From positions 192,001 through 256,000 of the forward strand of contig CAVPIW010000005.1 of the NCBI GenBank assembly GCA_963705105.1: a DNA stretch of 64,000 nucleotides. Direction: 5' to 3'. Position numbers and translations under genes: made by a program. Below, one piece after another: positions 20,037 through 29,966 of the stretch. This DNA comes from an uncultured Nitrospiraceae bacterium. Its GTDB lineage: Bacteria > Nitrospirota > Thermodesulfovibrionia > Thermodesulfovibrionales > Dissulfurispiraceae. Each line of letters starts with the position of its first letter. The first letter of the stretch is position 1. Below the pieces are notes generated by a model that was given only the letters and a program-made list of their open reading frames with translations, did no database searches and was not told where the DNA came from.

Positions 20037-20725
20037 CGGGCACTCGTGTCCCGCTCCGCAAGGAAATATGCAGCCCTCCCCTGCCACTCAGACGTCGTCT
20101 CGATCACCCTGAAGCCGCATACCTTCAGTAAACCGGCGATGAAATTCGTGGTGAAGAGATACCACCATGCGGCATAGTCATCGAGAGACCATCCGCTCTC
20201 GACAGGGAGATTGATGCCGACGATCTTCGCACCCACCTCTTCGAAATAGGCGGCGACGACGCTTCTCTGCCCGTTGCTCAGCGCCGGGACGAGGAGCGCC
20301 GTGTTGTCTGCCATCGCGATCGTTCCCGCATCGTTCGAGATCGTCAGAGGAATGACGGTGCTGCCGAGTATCATGGTCTTCCTCGTGATCCTGGCGAGCT
20401 GGGAGACCGTGTAGAGGGGATTCGGGCAATGATAGACGACACCGGCACAGTGGACGACATCAAAGGATCCTACCCTTTCGGGGAAATGAGGATCATCGAC
20501 ATTTCCCTGCATGCACCGCGAGCAGACCACTCCCTGCTCTTTGCAGCGCTGATGGAACTTTGTCCACATCTCATGATCGAGAGGGGCGATATCCACCATG
20601 GCCGCCTCAGCAGCCCCCGCTTTTGCGGCGACCGTCACCCGCTCGTTGAGGGTCCCCCAAAGTCCGCCCACATCCGCAAATGTTTTCCCCCGGACGACCG
20701 CCTGTATCCACTCGTTACACGACAT
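20033..20725 (-). CDS. SAM-dependent methyltransferase-like protein
   Basis: FADVGGLWG, FDVVHCAGVVYHCPNP. Confidence 0.7.
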   Translation of the reverse strand: MSCNEWIQAVVRGKTFADVGGLWGTLNERVTVAAKAGAAEAAMVDIAPLDHEMWTKFHQRCKEQGVVCSRCMQGNVDDPHFPERVGSFDVVHCAGVVYHCPNPLYTVSQLARITRKTMILGSTVIPLTISNDAGTIAMADNTALLVPALSNGQRSVVAAYFEEVGAKIVGINLPVESGWSLDDYAAWWYLFTTNFIAGLLKVCGFRVIETTSEWQGRAAYFLAERDTSAR

Positions 20726-20740
20726 GATGTCCTTCTCCTT

Positions 20741-22294
20741 TCACTTTTTAGCCGGCTCGTCCCGCGGCATGACGTAGCCGGGAACGGTCCGCAGTGCTTC
20801 CGCGTAAACTCTCCATGAATGCCTCGACTCGATAAGATCCCTCGCATGACGGGCAATCCTGCCGAGGACCTGACGGTCGGCGAAAATGCCATCCAAACGC
20901 CTCACATACCCTCCGACGTCATCGTAGGGATCGACGATAAAGCCCGTTTCGCCGTCGATGATGACCTCGGGGATCCCTCCCGTCTTCGAGGCAATGACCG
21001 GAAGACCCATGGAAATGGCCTCGAGAATCACATTTGGGATGCCGTCCCATTGAGATGTATAGAGAAACAGGTCGTACTGATCTGCGGGCAGCGAGGGGAG
21101 GCCTTCGAATCCCCCCTGATAACGGACGTTCGGCAACGTCCTCAGTGCCGTGACGAAGCGGTCCGCATCCAGGTGCGATGTGCCGTACACAGGTGTCCCG
21201 TAAACGTGAAACGTGAAGGGGAGACGGGCGGCGTCACACGCTTCGGCAATGCCGATCAGGATGTCGGGCCTCTTCTGTATATCGAGCCGGCTCGCCCAGA
21301 GGATGTCCATACGCTCCTTAACGGTCTTGCCGGGATCGTACTCCCTTGCCGAAACCGGATCAACGGGCTGGTACTGGACATGGAACTTTCCCCGGTCGAA
21401 AGCGAAGATGCCGCAGAGCTTGTCGATGATCGTGCGGTTTTCGGTCACGACGGCGGTGAGCGCATCAAAACAGTGCGGCAGGAAGCAGATGGGATACCCG
21501 ATCATCCTGCCCTCGGGCGTCACGTCCTCGCAGAACGCCGATGCATAGAGCCGCGACCGGCTGGCCAGCGCCTTCCCGTATGTGATAAACACTCTGTATC
21601 CTAAAAGCGAATTGATCGTATGGATAACGGGCGGGGCCATCTGAAGGAGCACCCTGACGAGGAGCTTTTCCTGTTCATCCTGTTTCAGGTGACCGTACCG
21701 TTTGCCGAACTCGATGAACCTCACCGCTGCAGGCAGCCTTTCGGCCCAGGGCGAGTCGTCCCGTTCCGTCGTTACGACGACAACGCCCGTCGCCAGATTC
21801 TCCGTGACGAGAGCCCTGACAAGGTTCAGGGTCACCAGTTCGGCGCCTCCCTTTTTCAGCCACGGCGTCAGGATGACGTGGCTCACGGATGCCCCAAAAA
21901 GCCGGTACAGGTCGAGATAGTGCTCACCGACCCGCGATGGTGAGATGTAGTCTGTGACAACCTCGACGGGTATGCTGAAATCGGGGAAGAGCTGCGGCTC
22001 TATGGCATGGATCTCCCTCCATTCGTCAATGAGCCACGGGGGAAACCGGTCCCTGCGGCCGTGGACGTCGCGCTGAGGCACTGTATGGTCCTGCTCCGTC
22101 ATATGTGCGGTCTCCGCACCGCTTTCCCGATGGTCCGGAGATGAATCGAAGAGCCCCTTGAAGGCCTCTTTCAATGCGACGGCAAACCGGTGCACTCTCG
22201 GATGCCTGTGGACGATCGGCCTCAGGGGGCCTTTGACGGCCCGGTATGCCGACCGACTCAGGGTATAGATGGCCTCAGCAGCCTTGTTCTTCAT
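20741..22294 (-). CDS. GT4 glycosyltransferase
   Basis: KGGAE, SRLDIQKRPD, SQWDGIPNVILEA, GGIPEVI. Confidence 0.85.
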   Translation of the reverse strand: MKNKAAEAIYTLSRSAYRAVKGPLRPIVHRHPRVHRFAVALKEAFKGLFDSSPDHRESGAETAHMTEQDHTVPQRDVHGRRDRFPPWLIDEWREIHAIEPQLFPDFSIPVEVVTDYISPSRVGEHYLDLYRLFGASVSHVILTPWLKKGGAELVTLNLVRALVTENLATGVVVVTTERDDSPWAERLPAAVRFIEFGKRYGHLKQDEQEKLLVRVLLQMAPPVIHTINSLLGYRVFITYGKALASRSRLYASAFCEDVTPEGRMIGYPICFLPHCFDALTAVVTENRTIIDKLCGIFAFDRGKFHVQYQPVDPVSAREYDPGKTVKERMDILWASRLDIQKRPDILIGIAEACDAARLPFTFHVYGTPVYGTSHLDADRFVTALRTLPNVRYQGGFEGLPSLPADQYDLFLYTSQWDGIPNVILEAISMGLPVIASKTGGIPEVIIDGETGFIVDPYDDVGGYVRRLDGIFADRQVLGRIARHARDLIESRHSWRVYAEALRTVPGYVMPRDEPAKK

Positions 22295-23073
22295 GACCCC
22301 GCTTCATTTCGTCCCTTCCCATCCTCCTGCAGCAAACGCGAGTATATGTCGGGATCAAACAGCCTCGAAGGCCGGATGATCCTGTTGGATTCTTTCGTAT
22401 ATGCCAGAAGAGAGCCCGATCTCTTGATTCTCAGGAAGTGGACCGTCCCGGGCACGACATCGTGGCCGATGGCGCCTGCGAGGGTCTGACAGTTCCAGTG
22501 CCAGTCTTCGTACCCGAAACCTTCACCTCCCGTCGTGCTCTCATAAGTATGGTTCAAGAAAATCTCTCTTTTCGCCATGCAGACGGCGTCCCAGTAATTG
22601 TATTCGATGATGTTGGCATACCTGAACGACCGGTCCGTCGAGGAAATCTGGCGGAAGAGAAGATGCTTCCCTTCGAAATACATCTGGTATTCGGGATGCG
22701 CCACCACCTTGCCGCCCCGCGCGAGGAGGTACTGATAGGCGTCATAAAGCCAATTGAGACAGATGAGATTGTCAGCATCGAGGACCGCGATGTATTCACC
22801 GGTCGCTCGGGCGATGCCGGCATTGCGGGTCAGTCCGAGGTCGCCGACGTCGGCCCTCGCAAGGGTGATGTCTTCACCTTCGGGGGATGAAAAGTATTTC
22901 ACAGTCGCCTCGTCCGGCCTGTCCAGGACGACGACCACCTCCACGGACAGACCTCTTTCCGTCGCATACCGGCGGGATCTATGAAGGCTGCGCATCGTGT
23001 GATGGGCCAGTCGTCCTTCATGGTGGGCCGCGATAACGACTGTTATGTCTTTACTGCCGTGACTGCTCGTCAC
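22291..23073 (-). CDS. GT2 glycosyltransferase
   Basis: DLGLTRNAG, VLDADNL, GYEDWHW; GTGA overlap. Confidence 0.85.
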   Translation of the reverse strand: MTSSHGSKDITVVIAAHHEGRLAHHTMRSLHRSRRYATERGLSVEVVVVLDRPDEATVKYFSSPEGEDITLARADVGDLGLTRNAGIARATGEYIAVLDADNLICLNWLYDAYQYLLARGGKVVAHPEYQMYFEGKHLLFRQISSTDRSFRYANIIEYNYWDAVCMAKREIFLNHTYESTTGGEGFGYEDWHWNCQTLAGAIGHDVVPGTVHFLRIKRSGSLLAYTKESNRIIRPSRLFDPDIYSRLLQEDGKGRNEAGS

Positions 23074-24398
23074 GTCTTGCCGCCCCCCGGTTGAATCATG
23101 TCCCTCAGCTTTCTCCCCGGCCATGTCAATACCCTTCCCACGCGGAAGGAGAGAGATCCGGTGACAGCCTGAAGCTCACCGGTCAAGCTCCTGACATGAT
23201 CCGCCTCAGCCAGCAACTCTCTTTCTTTGTCGCGCAACTCACCTTCCTTGCCCTGAAGCTCTTCCGTCCTTTTCTGCAGTTCTTCATTGCAGGCGATCAG
23301 ACGCTGATTCGTCTCGTCCCACCTCTGCCAGCCCTCTTGCCCGTGCTTCCACACCTCTCCGAGCTTCGTCTCCGTTTCGATAAGCCTCCTGTTGGTGTCG
23401 TCCCACCTCTGCCAGCCCTCCTGTGCATGGCGCCACGATGCGTGGAGCCTGTTCATCCTGTCCAGGCAGAGTCGTCTGAAGGGGTTGTCCGGGTGCCTCG
23501 CGAACTCTTCGAGCAGCGCCGACCTCTTGTCGGGACGGATGATACCGAACAGGAGCAGTGTCATGATCATCCTGTCGGTGTCGTAGGTCTTGATCGAATT
23601 GTATAATTTGACGAGAGTCATGCACGGCAGTGAGCCGTTATCCGGCTCTGCGGGAAGAAGGGGCGACATGTCGTGGTTCAGGAGAAAGCTTGACAAAACG
23701 AGGCCGACATCGATGCTCACCGCAGCTTCGCTCTCCCGCAGGGTGTTGAGATCGTGCACCCGGTATTTGACGAGCGCTTCCTCGATGACGTGCACCCTGG
23801 CGCTCGAGCAGAGACGGAGAAAGAAGTCATAGTCGTGGGCATAGCGGAGGTTCGTGAAAAGGCCCACGGTCCCGAACACCTCCCGCCTGCAGAAGAGATT
23901 CGACGTGGTGATGAGGAAATTACCCGCCAGGAGATTGAGGATTATGTTTTCCTCACCCTTGAAGGAGTCTTCCGGGCTGTGATCCATCCAATACTCTTCC
24001 GGGCCCCGCGGCGATTTGACGGTATTGTCCTCATCGTCGATGAAATCGACGTAGCTGAAAACCGCCGCAAGTGAGGCTTCACCTTCGAGTTTCTCAGCGC
24101 AGATCTCGAGCCTCCGCGGATGATAGATGTCATCGGAGTTGAGAACTGCCACGAAAGTGCCCTGCGACAGATCGATGCCGCGGTTGATCGCAGCGGCGGC
24201 GCCCCTGTTCTCCTGGTAGAAATAACGGACCCTGCCGTCCTCGCAGGCCCGTACGATGTCGCCGGACCGGTCCTGCGACCCGTCGTCGATGACGATGAGC
24301 TCGAAATCTTCGCAGGTCTGTCCGAGGACGGAGTCAATGGCCCTCTTAATGTAGCGCTCGTGGTTATAGAGGGGGATGATGACGCTGACTTTCGGCAT
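23070..24398 (-). CDS. GT2 glycosyltransferase with C-terminal coiled coil
   Basis: SVIIPLYNHE, LNSDD, HDYDFFLR; repeated WxHxQEGWQRWDxTNxRL; SLSFRVGRVLTWP tail. Confidence 0.85.
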   Translation of the reverse strand: MPKVSVIIPLYNHERYIKRAIDSVLGQTCEDFELIVIDDGSQDRSGDIVRACEDGRVRYFYQENRGAAAAINRGIDLSQGTFVAVLNSDDIYHPRRLEICAEKLEGEASLAAVFSYVDFIDDEDNTVKSPRGPEEYWMDHSPEDSFKGEENIILNLLAGNFLITTSNLFCRREVFGTVGLFTNLRYAHDYDFFLRLCSSARVHVIEEALVKYRVHDLNTLRESEAAVSIDVGLVLSSFLLNHDMSPLLPAEPDNGSLPCMTLVKLYNSIKTYDTDRMIMTLLLFGIIRPDKRSALLEEFARHPDNPFRRLCLDRMNRLHASWRHAQEGWQRWDDTNRRLIETETKLGEVWKHGQEGWQRWDETNQRLIACNEELQKRTEELQGKEGELRDKERELLAEADHVRSLTGELQAVTGSLSFRVGRVLTWPGRKLRDMIQPGGGKT

Positions 24399-24434
24399 TA
24401 TGACGATGACACCTTATTATCTCTCATGCACCCT

Positions 24435-24667
24435 TGTCCAAAACATCTTGCAGCGAGACCTTGGAAACGAGGATAGGGTGTGGTTTCTGAAGCAAAATTC
24501 ACGGGTATCGTGAACGGCGGCGGGAGTCGAAGGCGATAGCCGCAGCGGGAGCCGCGCAGTGTACCAGAGAAGGCAAAAATTTTCATAACAGGGGCATACA
24601 CATGAGGAGAGGAAGTTTATTTTGGGAAGAAAGCATGCCCTATCCTCATATAACGTTATTTTGGACA
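24435..24667. mobile_element. MITE-like element family A, copy 2
   Basis: TGTCCAAAA...TTTTGGACA TIR; inner IR GAGGATAGGG..TTTCT / AGAAA..CCCTATCCTC. Confidence 0.85.
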
Positions 24668-24701
24668 CCAGTGTCTCTCACGACAAAAAGGGATGAGCGC
24701 A

Positions 24702-25733
24702 TCAGCGCAGTGCCTCCAGGAGTCTGTCGCGCAGTCTGTAATAGCGGCAGAGGAGTTTCCACCCCCGTCCTCCCTGAATGATCCGGATATACTCCTCCTT
24801 TTCACGGAGCTGCCCTTCGAGCCCCTCGTTCCGGGAGCGAAGCCTGCCGATGGCATCATCTTTCTCAACGGTCATTTCGGTGAGACTGGAGATCTCGGAC
24901 TCCTTCTCCGCTATGACCCTGCCTTTCTCCTCGTTGCCCGCGGTCAGGGCATTCAGGCGGTCCCTGTAATACCGCATCACCTCGCCGGTGATCTTGTCCC
25001 TGTGCTTCAGCACGACCTTATCATACTCTATAGCCAGCGTATCCCAAAAGTCCCTGCTCTGCGCTATCTGGTGCTCCGGACTCCACTGGACGTAGCGGGC
25101 CGTCACCTTGTCGAGGTGGATCAGGGGAAACCGGGATCCGCAGCGTATAAAGAAATCCCAGTCTTCATACGCCGCAAACTCCTCATCGAATGTACCGATC
25201 ATATCTGTAACGGTCCTGCTGAAGAGGACATTGATAAGGGGGATATAGTTTTCGAGGAGGAGATCGCAGAGCGAAAAATCCCTCGACCGGAAGACGCACA
25301 CGTCCCGGTCCGTATATGTCATGGTTGTGAAGTCATACTGTCTGGTGACCATCTCGGCATCGCTGTAAGCGAATAACCGGCCGTCGTCATGCAATGCAGC
25401 GAGGAGAGACTCCACATGGTCAGGGTAGAATTCATCATCATCATCGAGAAATCCGACATATTCACCCCGGACATGACTGATTCCGATGTTTGCAGCGTGC
25501 GCCCTGCCCCTGTTGACGTCCAGCTTTTCGTAGGTAAGGGGCATCCCGCCGAGGAGGGATCTCAAATTATCGATGTCAAGGTCGACGCCGCCGTCATTGA
25601 CCAACACGACTTCGATGTTCCGGTAAGTCTGCGCGGCGATGCTGTGCAGCGCACTCTGCAGGAGTTTCGGCCTGTCCTTCGTTCTGACGATGATCGAGAC
25701 GAGGGGCGGATGAATGTCGCTTCGCTGATTCAC
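24702..25733 (-). CDS. GT2 glycosyltransferase with C-terminal coiled coil
   Basis: SIIVRTKDRP, FLDDDD, YEDWDFF; EK-rich heptads. Confidence 0.85.
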   Translation of the reverse strand: MNQRSDIHPPLVSIIVRTKDRPKLLQSALHSIAAQTYRNIEVVLVNDGGVDLDIDNLRSLLGGMPLTYEKLDVNRGRAHAANIGISHVRGEYVGFLDDDDEFYPDHVESLLAALHDDGRLFAYSDAEMVTRQYDFTTMTYTDRDVCVFRSRDFSLCDLLLENYIPLINVLFSRTVTDMIGTFDEEFAAYEDWDFFIRCGSRFPLIHLDKVTARYVQWSPEHQIAQSRDFWDTLAIEYDKVVLKHRDKITGEVMRYYRDRLNALTAGNEEKGRVIAEKESEISSLTEMTVEKDDAIGRLRSRNEGLEGQLREKEEYIRIIQGGRGWKLLCRYYRLRDRLLEALR

Positions 25734-25861
25734 GAGGGAATGTTAAACCGGAATGCCCGCGAAAGTGTCTGTTTATTTAACATGGTTCGCTATAGTTTAA
25801 CGAGATTTCCCCGTAATGGCAAGGCAAGGGCCACCGGGGTGCGGTTCGTGCCACCCGCCAT

Positions 25862-26051
25862 CCGGGAAGGCGGGGCGCATGCGCCGAAAACCTTGATGCG
25901 GCGACACCTTACGCGTCACAGAAGACGACTTTTCAACTCAATGGTCGATCGCACGGAGAGTGGAAGCCTGAAAGACGAACCTGACGAGGCTTATCATCGC
26001 CTTCAGCAAGGATTTGAGGCGCTTCACCCCGCCTTTGCACGCAACTGGAGG
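25862..26051. mobile_element. MITE-like element family C, copy 1
   Basis: GAAGGCGGGG..GCGCCGAAAACCTTGATGCGGCGACACC...CGCCTTCAGCAAGG..TTTGAGGCG..CCCGCCTTT. Confidence 0.8.
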
Positions 26052-26115
26052 AGTCCGTTTGACCCCCTATCTGCCCGTCTGGTAGAATAAACAAAATTTC
26101 ACTTGGAGGAATATC

Positions 26116-26544
26116 ATGCAATCTCAATGGCATAGAGTCAGAAACCGGAAGGGCTTCACCCTCGTTGAGCTCCTTGTTGTCATGGTGATCATCGGGCTCC
26201 TGGCCGCCCTCGTCGGTCCCCGCCTGTTCCCGAAACTCGGCAAGGGCAAGCAGGCTGCCGCAAAGGCCCAGATCGAACTCCTCGGTCAGGCCCTCGACCA
26301 ATACAGGCTCGACGTCGCGGCATACCCCACGACGGAGCAGGGCCTCAACGCCCTCACCACAAACCCGGGCGTCGAAAAATGGGAGGGCCCGTACCTGAAA
26401 AAAGGGCTGCCCGTCGACCCCTGGGGAAAACCGTATCTTTACCAGAGTCCCGGCTCGCACGGGGAGTATGACCTCTTTACCTACAGCAGGGACGGAAAGC
26501 CTGGAGGAGAGGGAGAAGACGCGGACGTGACGAACTGGGAATAG
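26116..26544 (+). CDS. gspG: Type II secretion major pseudopilin
   Basis: GFTLVELLVV prepilin motif, YPTTEQGL, WEGPYL, DPWG. Confidence 0.95.
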   Translation: MQSQWHRVRNRKGFTLVELLVVMVIIGLLAALVGPRLFPKLGKGKQAAAKAQIELLGQALDQYRLDVAAYPTTEQGLNALTTNPGVEKWEGPYLKKGLPVDPWGKPYLYQSPGSHGEYDLFTYSRDGKPGGEGEDADVTNWE

Positions 26545-26590
26545 GGCGCCCACCAGCCCGTCCATGAACCGTGTCGTCGCATACGCCCGA

Positions 26591-26780
26591 CAGGAAGGCG
26601 GGGTGCACGCGCCGAAAACCTTGATGCGGCGACACCTTAACCATCACACCAGACGACTTTTCAAGCCAACGGTCAATCTAACAGAGAGCGGAATCCTGAG
26701 AGACGAACCTGACAATGCTCATCGTCGCCTTCAGCAAGGGTTTGAGGCGCTTCGGCCCGCCTTTCACGCGACTGGAAGGT
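26591..26780. mobile_element. MITE-like element family C, copy 2
   Basis: Direct repeat of 25862-26051. Confidence 0.8.
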
Positions 26781-27894
26781 GAACCTTGCCTTTATCAAGA
26801 AGCGCTTCTCCTTTCACGGCGGCGCCGAAAGGTATCTCCAGACCCTCGTTGAAGCGCTGCAGCGCTCCGGCCACGGCACCCACATCTTTTCCTCCCTCTG
26901 GTCGGATGTGGTGGGAGTCACCTTCCACCGCGTTCCCGTCATCACCGCCGGATCATTCCTCTCGACATACACCTTCAATCATCGTGTCTGCAGGGAAATC
27001 CGCCGGCACAGAGAATTCGACTGTGTCGTCAGCTTCGAACGAACGACTTGCCAGGACGTCTACCGTGCCGGTGAAGGATGCCACGCCGAGTGGCTGACAA
27101 TAAGGCGGCACGTCGAGCCCTTTCACAAGAGGCTCTCCTTCAGGATCAACCCCCTTCACATCCTCCTGCTGAGCCTTGAAAGAAGGCTCTTCTCCGGAAC
27201 GAAACGCATCGTCGCCAATTCCGGCATGGTGAAAGAGCAGATCATGGGGCACTACGGCGTCCCGGCGGAGAGGATTTCGACGGTGTACAACGGCGTCGAT
27301 CTGTCACGGTTCACGCCGGAGAACAGGAAACAATGGCGCAACAGCATCCGGGCGGACCTCGCGGTTCCCGAACAGGCGAAGGTCGTACTGTTTGCGGGGT
27401 CGGGCTTCGAACGGAAAGGCCTTGATGTGCTCCTCAGAGCCGTCCCGCATGTCGGTGTCGGCGGGTTGAAGGTCATCGTGGCGGGCAAGGGAGAGTCGCG
27501 CCGATACAGCGCATTTATCAGGCGCGCGGGACTTTCGGACGATGTCCTGTTCCTCGGTCCCTGCAGCGGGATCGAAAGACTCTACGCAGCCTCGGACATC
27601 TTCGTGCTTCCTACGCTCTACGACCCCTTCAGCAATGCCACCATCGAGGCCATGGCGGCAGGGCTTCCCGTCATAACGACAAGGAACAACGGCGCCGCCG
27701 AACTCGTGAGTGATGCCGTGGAGGGCTATGTCGTCGACGCACATTGTGACCCGGTCATGCTTGCCGGCAGAATCAGACAGACGCTGGATCAACGTGAACG
27801 GATGGGAGCGGAAGCAAGATCAAAGGCTGAACAGTACCCGATTGAACGGGCAGCCGGGGAATTCCTCGCCGTCATCGAGAAGATCGTATCCTGA
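26779..27894 (+). CDS. GT4 glycosyltransferase, LPS core WaaG-like
   Basis: HGGAERY, GSGFERKG, LPTLYDPFSNATIEA. Confidence 0.9.
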   Translation: MNLAFIKKRFSFHGGAERYLQTLVEALQRSGHGTHIFSSLWSDVVGVTFHRVPVITAGSFLSTYTFNHRVCREIRRHREFDCVVSFERTTCQDVYRAGEGCHAEWLTIRRHVEPFHKRLSFRINPLHILLLSLERRLFSGTKRIVANSGMVKEQIMGHYGVPAERISTVYNGVDLSRFTPENRKQWRNSIRADLAVPEQAKVVLFAGSGFERKGLDVLLRAVPHVGVGGLKVIVAGKGESRRYSAFIRRAGLSDDVLFLGPCSGIERLYAASDIFVLPTLYDPFSNATIEAMAAGLPVITTRNNGAAELVSDAVEGYVVDAHCDPVMLAGRIRQTLDQRERMGAEARSKAEQYPIERAAGEFLAVIEKIVS

Positions 27895-27899
27895 GGGCG

Positions 27900-28103
27900 T
27901 CATCTCCTGTCCTCCGCCGACAGGAGTTCCTCGATCCGCGCTATCGTCTCCCTCAGTCTTCTCATATTGTCTTCGTCCCTTCTCACCTGGGCGCCGCCGA
28001 TGTGGGCCGACGTAAAGGTAAAATCGAACCTGACCATGTCCTCAAGATCTTCAAGATTGTTCCGGAGGCGTTTCAGCTCCGACTTAAGCTCAGCCCTGCT
28101 CAT
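27900..28103 (-). CDS. Small hypothetical coiled-coil protein
   Basis: MSRAELKSELKRLRNNLEDLE; GC-rich coding-like codon usage. Confidence 0.5.
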   Translation of the reverse strand: MSRAELKSELKRLRNNLEDLEDMVRFDFTFTSAHIGGAQVRRDEDNMRRLRETIARIEELLSAEDRR

Positions 28104-28116
28104 TGCAATTCTCGCA

Positions 28117-28590
28117 CTATCTCTCACCGGCCATCTCCAATATCTCACTCATCAACCTGTCGCTGAGAAAAAAACCGGATTCCCTCATCCTCTCCAAAAT
28201 CGGCTTAACCTCCGCTAAAATTCCCTTATTTTTTGCTCTGAGTAAAACACCGGCAGTCCCCGTAATCTTAAGGCCGTTCAATTTGGCAATCCGGCGCCCC
28301 AGTGCGTCATCAATAATAAGCAAGGCTCCTTTCACCTCTCTTCGAGCGCAATCACCTCTGCTCGCCATGTCCCAAATCGGGAACCAGAAGAGACTATCCG
28401 GCAAGAACCGGGGTTTTCGTACTTATCCATGAGAACTGTTCGATGACAGGGACGTCTTCACCTGCACGCCTGTCTGCGTCACGGATCAATCGCCACTCTC
28501 CGGGGATCAATATCCCGCCATAAAGGCTCTCCCGGATGCGAGGAGTCGACCTGTTAAATAAAAAATGGCGATTATCGTCAGAGAGGTCTT
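28117..28590 (-). pseudogene. Frameshifted DUF3368 (PIN-like) gene remnant
   Basis: SLYGGILIP and LLIIDDALGRRIAKLNGLKITGTAGVLLRAK..ILEMAGE in different frames. Confidence 0.7.
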
Positions 28591-28597
28591 TCACGGT

Positions 28598-28867
28598 CAT
28601 AGCAAGACCTTTCCCTTTTTCTACAATATGCTCCGTAAACTTGGAAGGAGGGCTCAAAGGAACTATGTCGAAGTGCGTACTTAGTTCTTCCTCAAGCCTC
28701 GCCGCAAGCTCATAAAGCTTCCATCCCGATACCCCGTCGCAGGCCAGATCGATGTCACGCGCTTTCGAAAGCTTCTCCGCGGCACTGCCGAAAAGGATTA
28801 ATCGCGTCGCCCCGTAAGCCTTTGCCAATGAGATTATCTTCTCAATCTTTGACTTGCCGATCGCCAT
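28598..28867 (-). CDS. Minimal nucleotidyltransferase (MNT antitoxin-like); ORF reads through to 28394
   Basis: LILFGS..RDIDLA motif; domain ends near EKGKGL but frame continues into the DUF3368 remnant. Confidence 0.7.
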
Positions 28868-29065
28868 TGAAACCCGCCCAACTCAACTTGCATGTACATA
28901 AAACTCTTGCCCCGTCTCTTCACGCAAGGTGACGATAGTGTCACGCAAAAAACAATACCATGAAGGGACTGGAAATGTGAAGGGAACCGCTTTCGTGCAA
29001 ATTGCCTCTATTGTTTGGCACATCGTGATGAGCTTAACTTGCTGATACACAGAGGAGGAAAAAAG

Positions 29066-29138
29066 TGGACGGTAAGGGGGTCGAACCCTCGGCCTCCAGA
29101 GTGCGATTCTGGCGCTCTCCCAACTGAGCTAACCGCCC
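29066..29138 (-). tRNA. tRNA-Ala(CGC), CCA not encoded
   Basis: Cloverleaf GGGCGGT/ACCGTCC with G3:U70, D arm GCTC/GAGC, stem CCAGA/TCTGG with loop ATCGCAC, TTCGA T-loop. Confidence 0.95.
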
Positions 29139-29191
29139 GTGACTTTAAATGTATCATTAACGGACCGCGAATTTCAAATGCAGCCGCGCTG

Positions 29192-29956
29192 TCAGACCAT
29201 CTCGGACATGTCTCCGAGCGCCTTTCCGGCATCTTCCTGAAATAGCACGGATGCGATATGATCCCAGGGTGTTTCCGTCCTGTTGACGAAGATGAGCCTT
29301 GCCCCAGCCCTGTGAGCAAGCCGCGGATACGATGCAGCCGGCTCGACCTGAAGAGACGAGCCGATCATGATGAAGAGATCGCACTTTGACGAGTATGTAT
29401 AGGCGAGTTCCATCTCCCGCTCCGGCATAGCCTGCCCGAAGGAGACAGTCGCGGGCTTTATGATCCCTTTGCAGTCATCACATGATGGGTCGAGATTGCC
29501 CGCATCGAGCAGCCTTTGAATGTCCCCCATCGGCCACGTCTTCCCGCAGGAGAGGCAAAGGGCCTTCCTGTTCGTCCCGTGGAGCTCGATCACGTTCGAA
29601 CTGCCCGCCTCCTGGTGGAGACCGTCGATGTTCTGCGTGATGAGGCAGCTGAGTTTTCCTTTCCTTTCAAGCGCTGCAAGGGCAAGATGGGCCTTGTTGG
29701 GCCGGGCGCTCATCATCTGACGGTTTAATTCCCTCCTCATCGTCCAGGCCTCCACGCGGGCGTCATGACTGGCGACGAATTCCTGGAACATGACGATCCT
29801 GTGGCGCTCCCAGATCCCGCCGGGACTCCGGAAATCGGACAGTCCCGATTCCGTCGATATGCCAGCCCCGGTAAAGGCGACGATTCTCTGCGATGCCAAG
29901 ACGAGACGAACGGCCTTGCCGAGGCGTTCCTCATAGCTCATCATTTCCACTCTCAC
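29192..29956 (-). CDS. cobB: NAD-dependent deacylase (sirtuin)
   Basis: GAGISTESGLSDFRS, TQNIDGLH, ELHG, CxxC..CxxC, GSSL. Confidence 0.9.
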   Translation of the reverse strand: MRVEMMSYEERLGKAVRLVLASQRIVAFTGAGISTESGLSDFRSPGGIWERHRIVMFQEFVASHDARVEAWTMRRELNRQMMSARPNKAHLALAALERKGKLSCLITQNIDGLHQEAGSSNVIELHGTNRKALCLSCGKTWPMGDIQRLLDAGNLDPSCDDCKGIIKPATVSFGQAMPEREMELAYTYSSKCDLFIMIGSSLQVEPAASYPRLAHRAGARLIFVNRTETPWDHIASVLFQEDAGKALGDMSEMV

Positions 29957-29966
29957 CTCCCCGCAT

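Noticed and set aside
29066..29138. tRNA with A32/C38 loop and no CCA as a recoding or pseudo-tRNA
   Set aside because: G3:U70 and the CGC anticodon both indicate Ala, stems are intact, and CCA is often added post-transcriptionally.
29192..29956. Sirtuin as Thoeris/DSR-type defence NADase
   Set aside because: Standalone CobB-type protein with Zn-binding cysteines and no defence partner genes.
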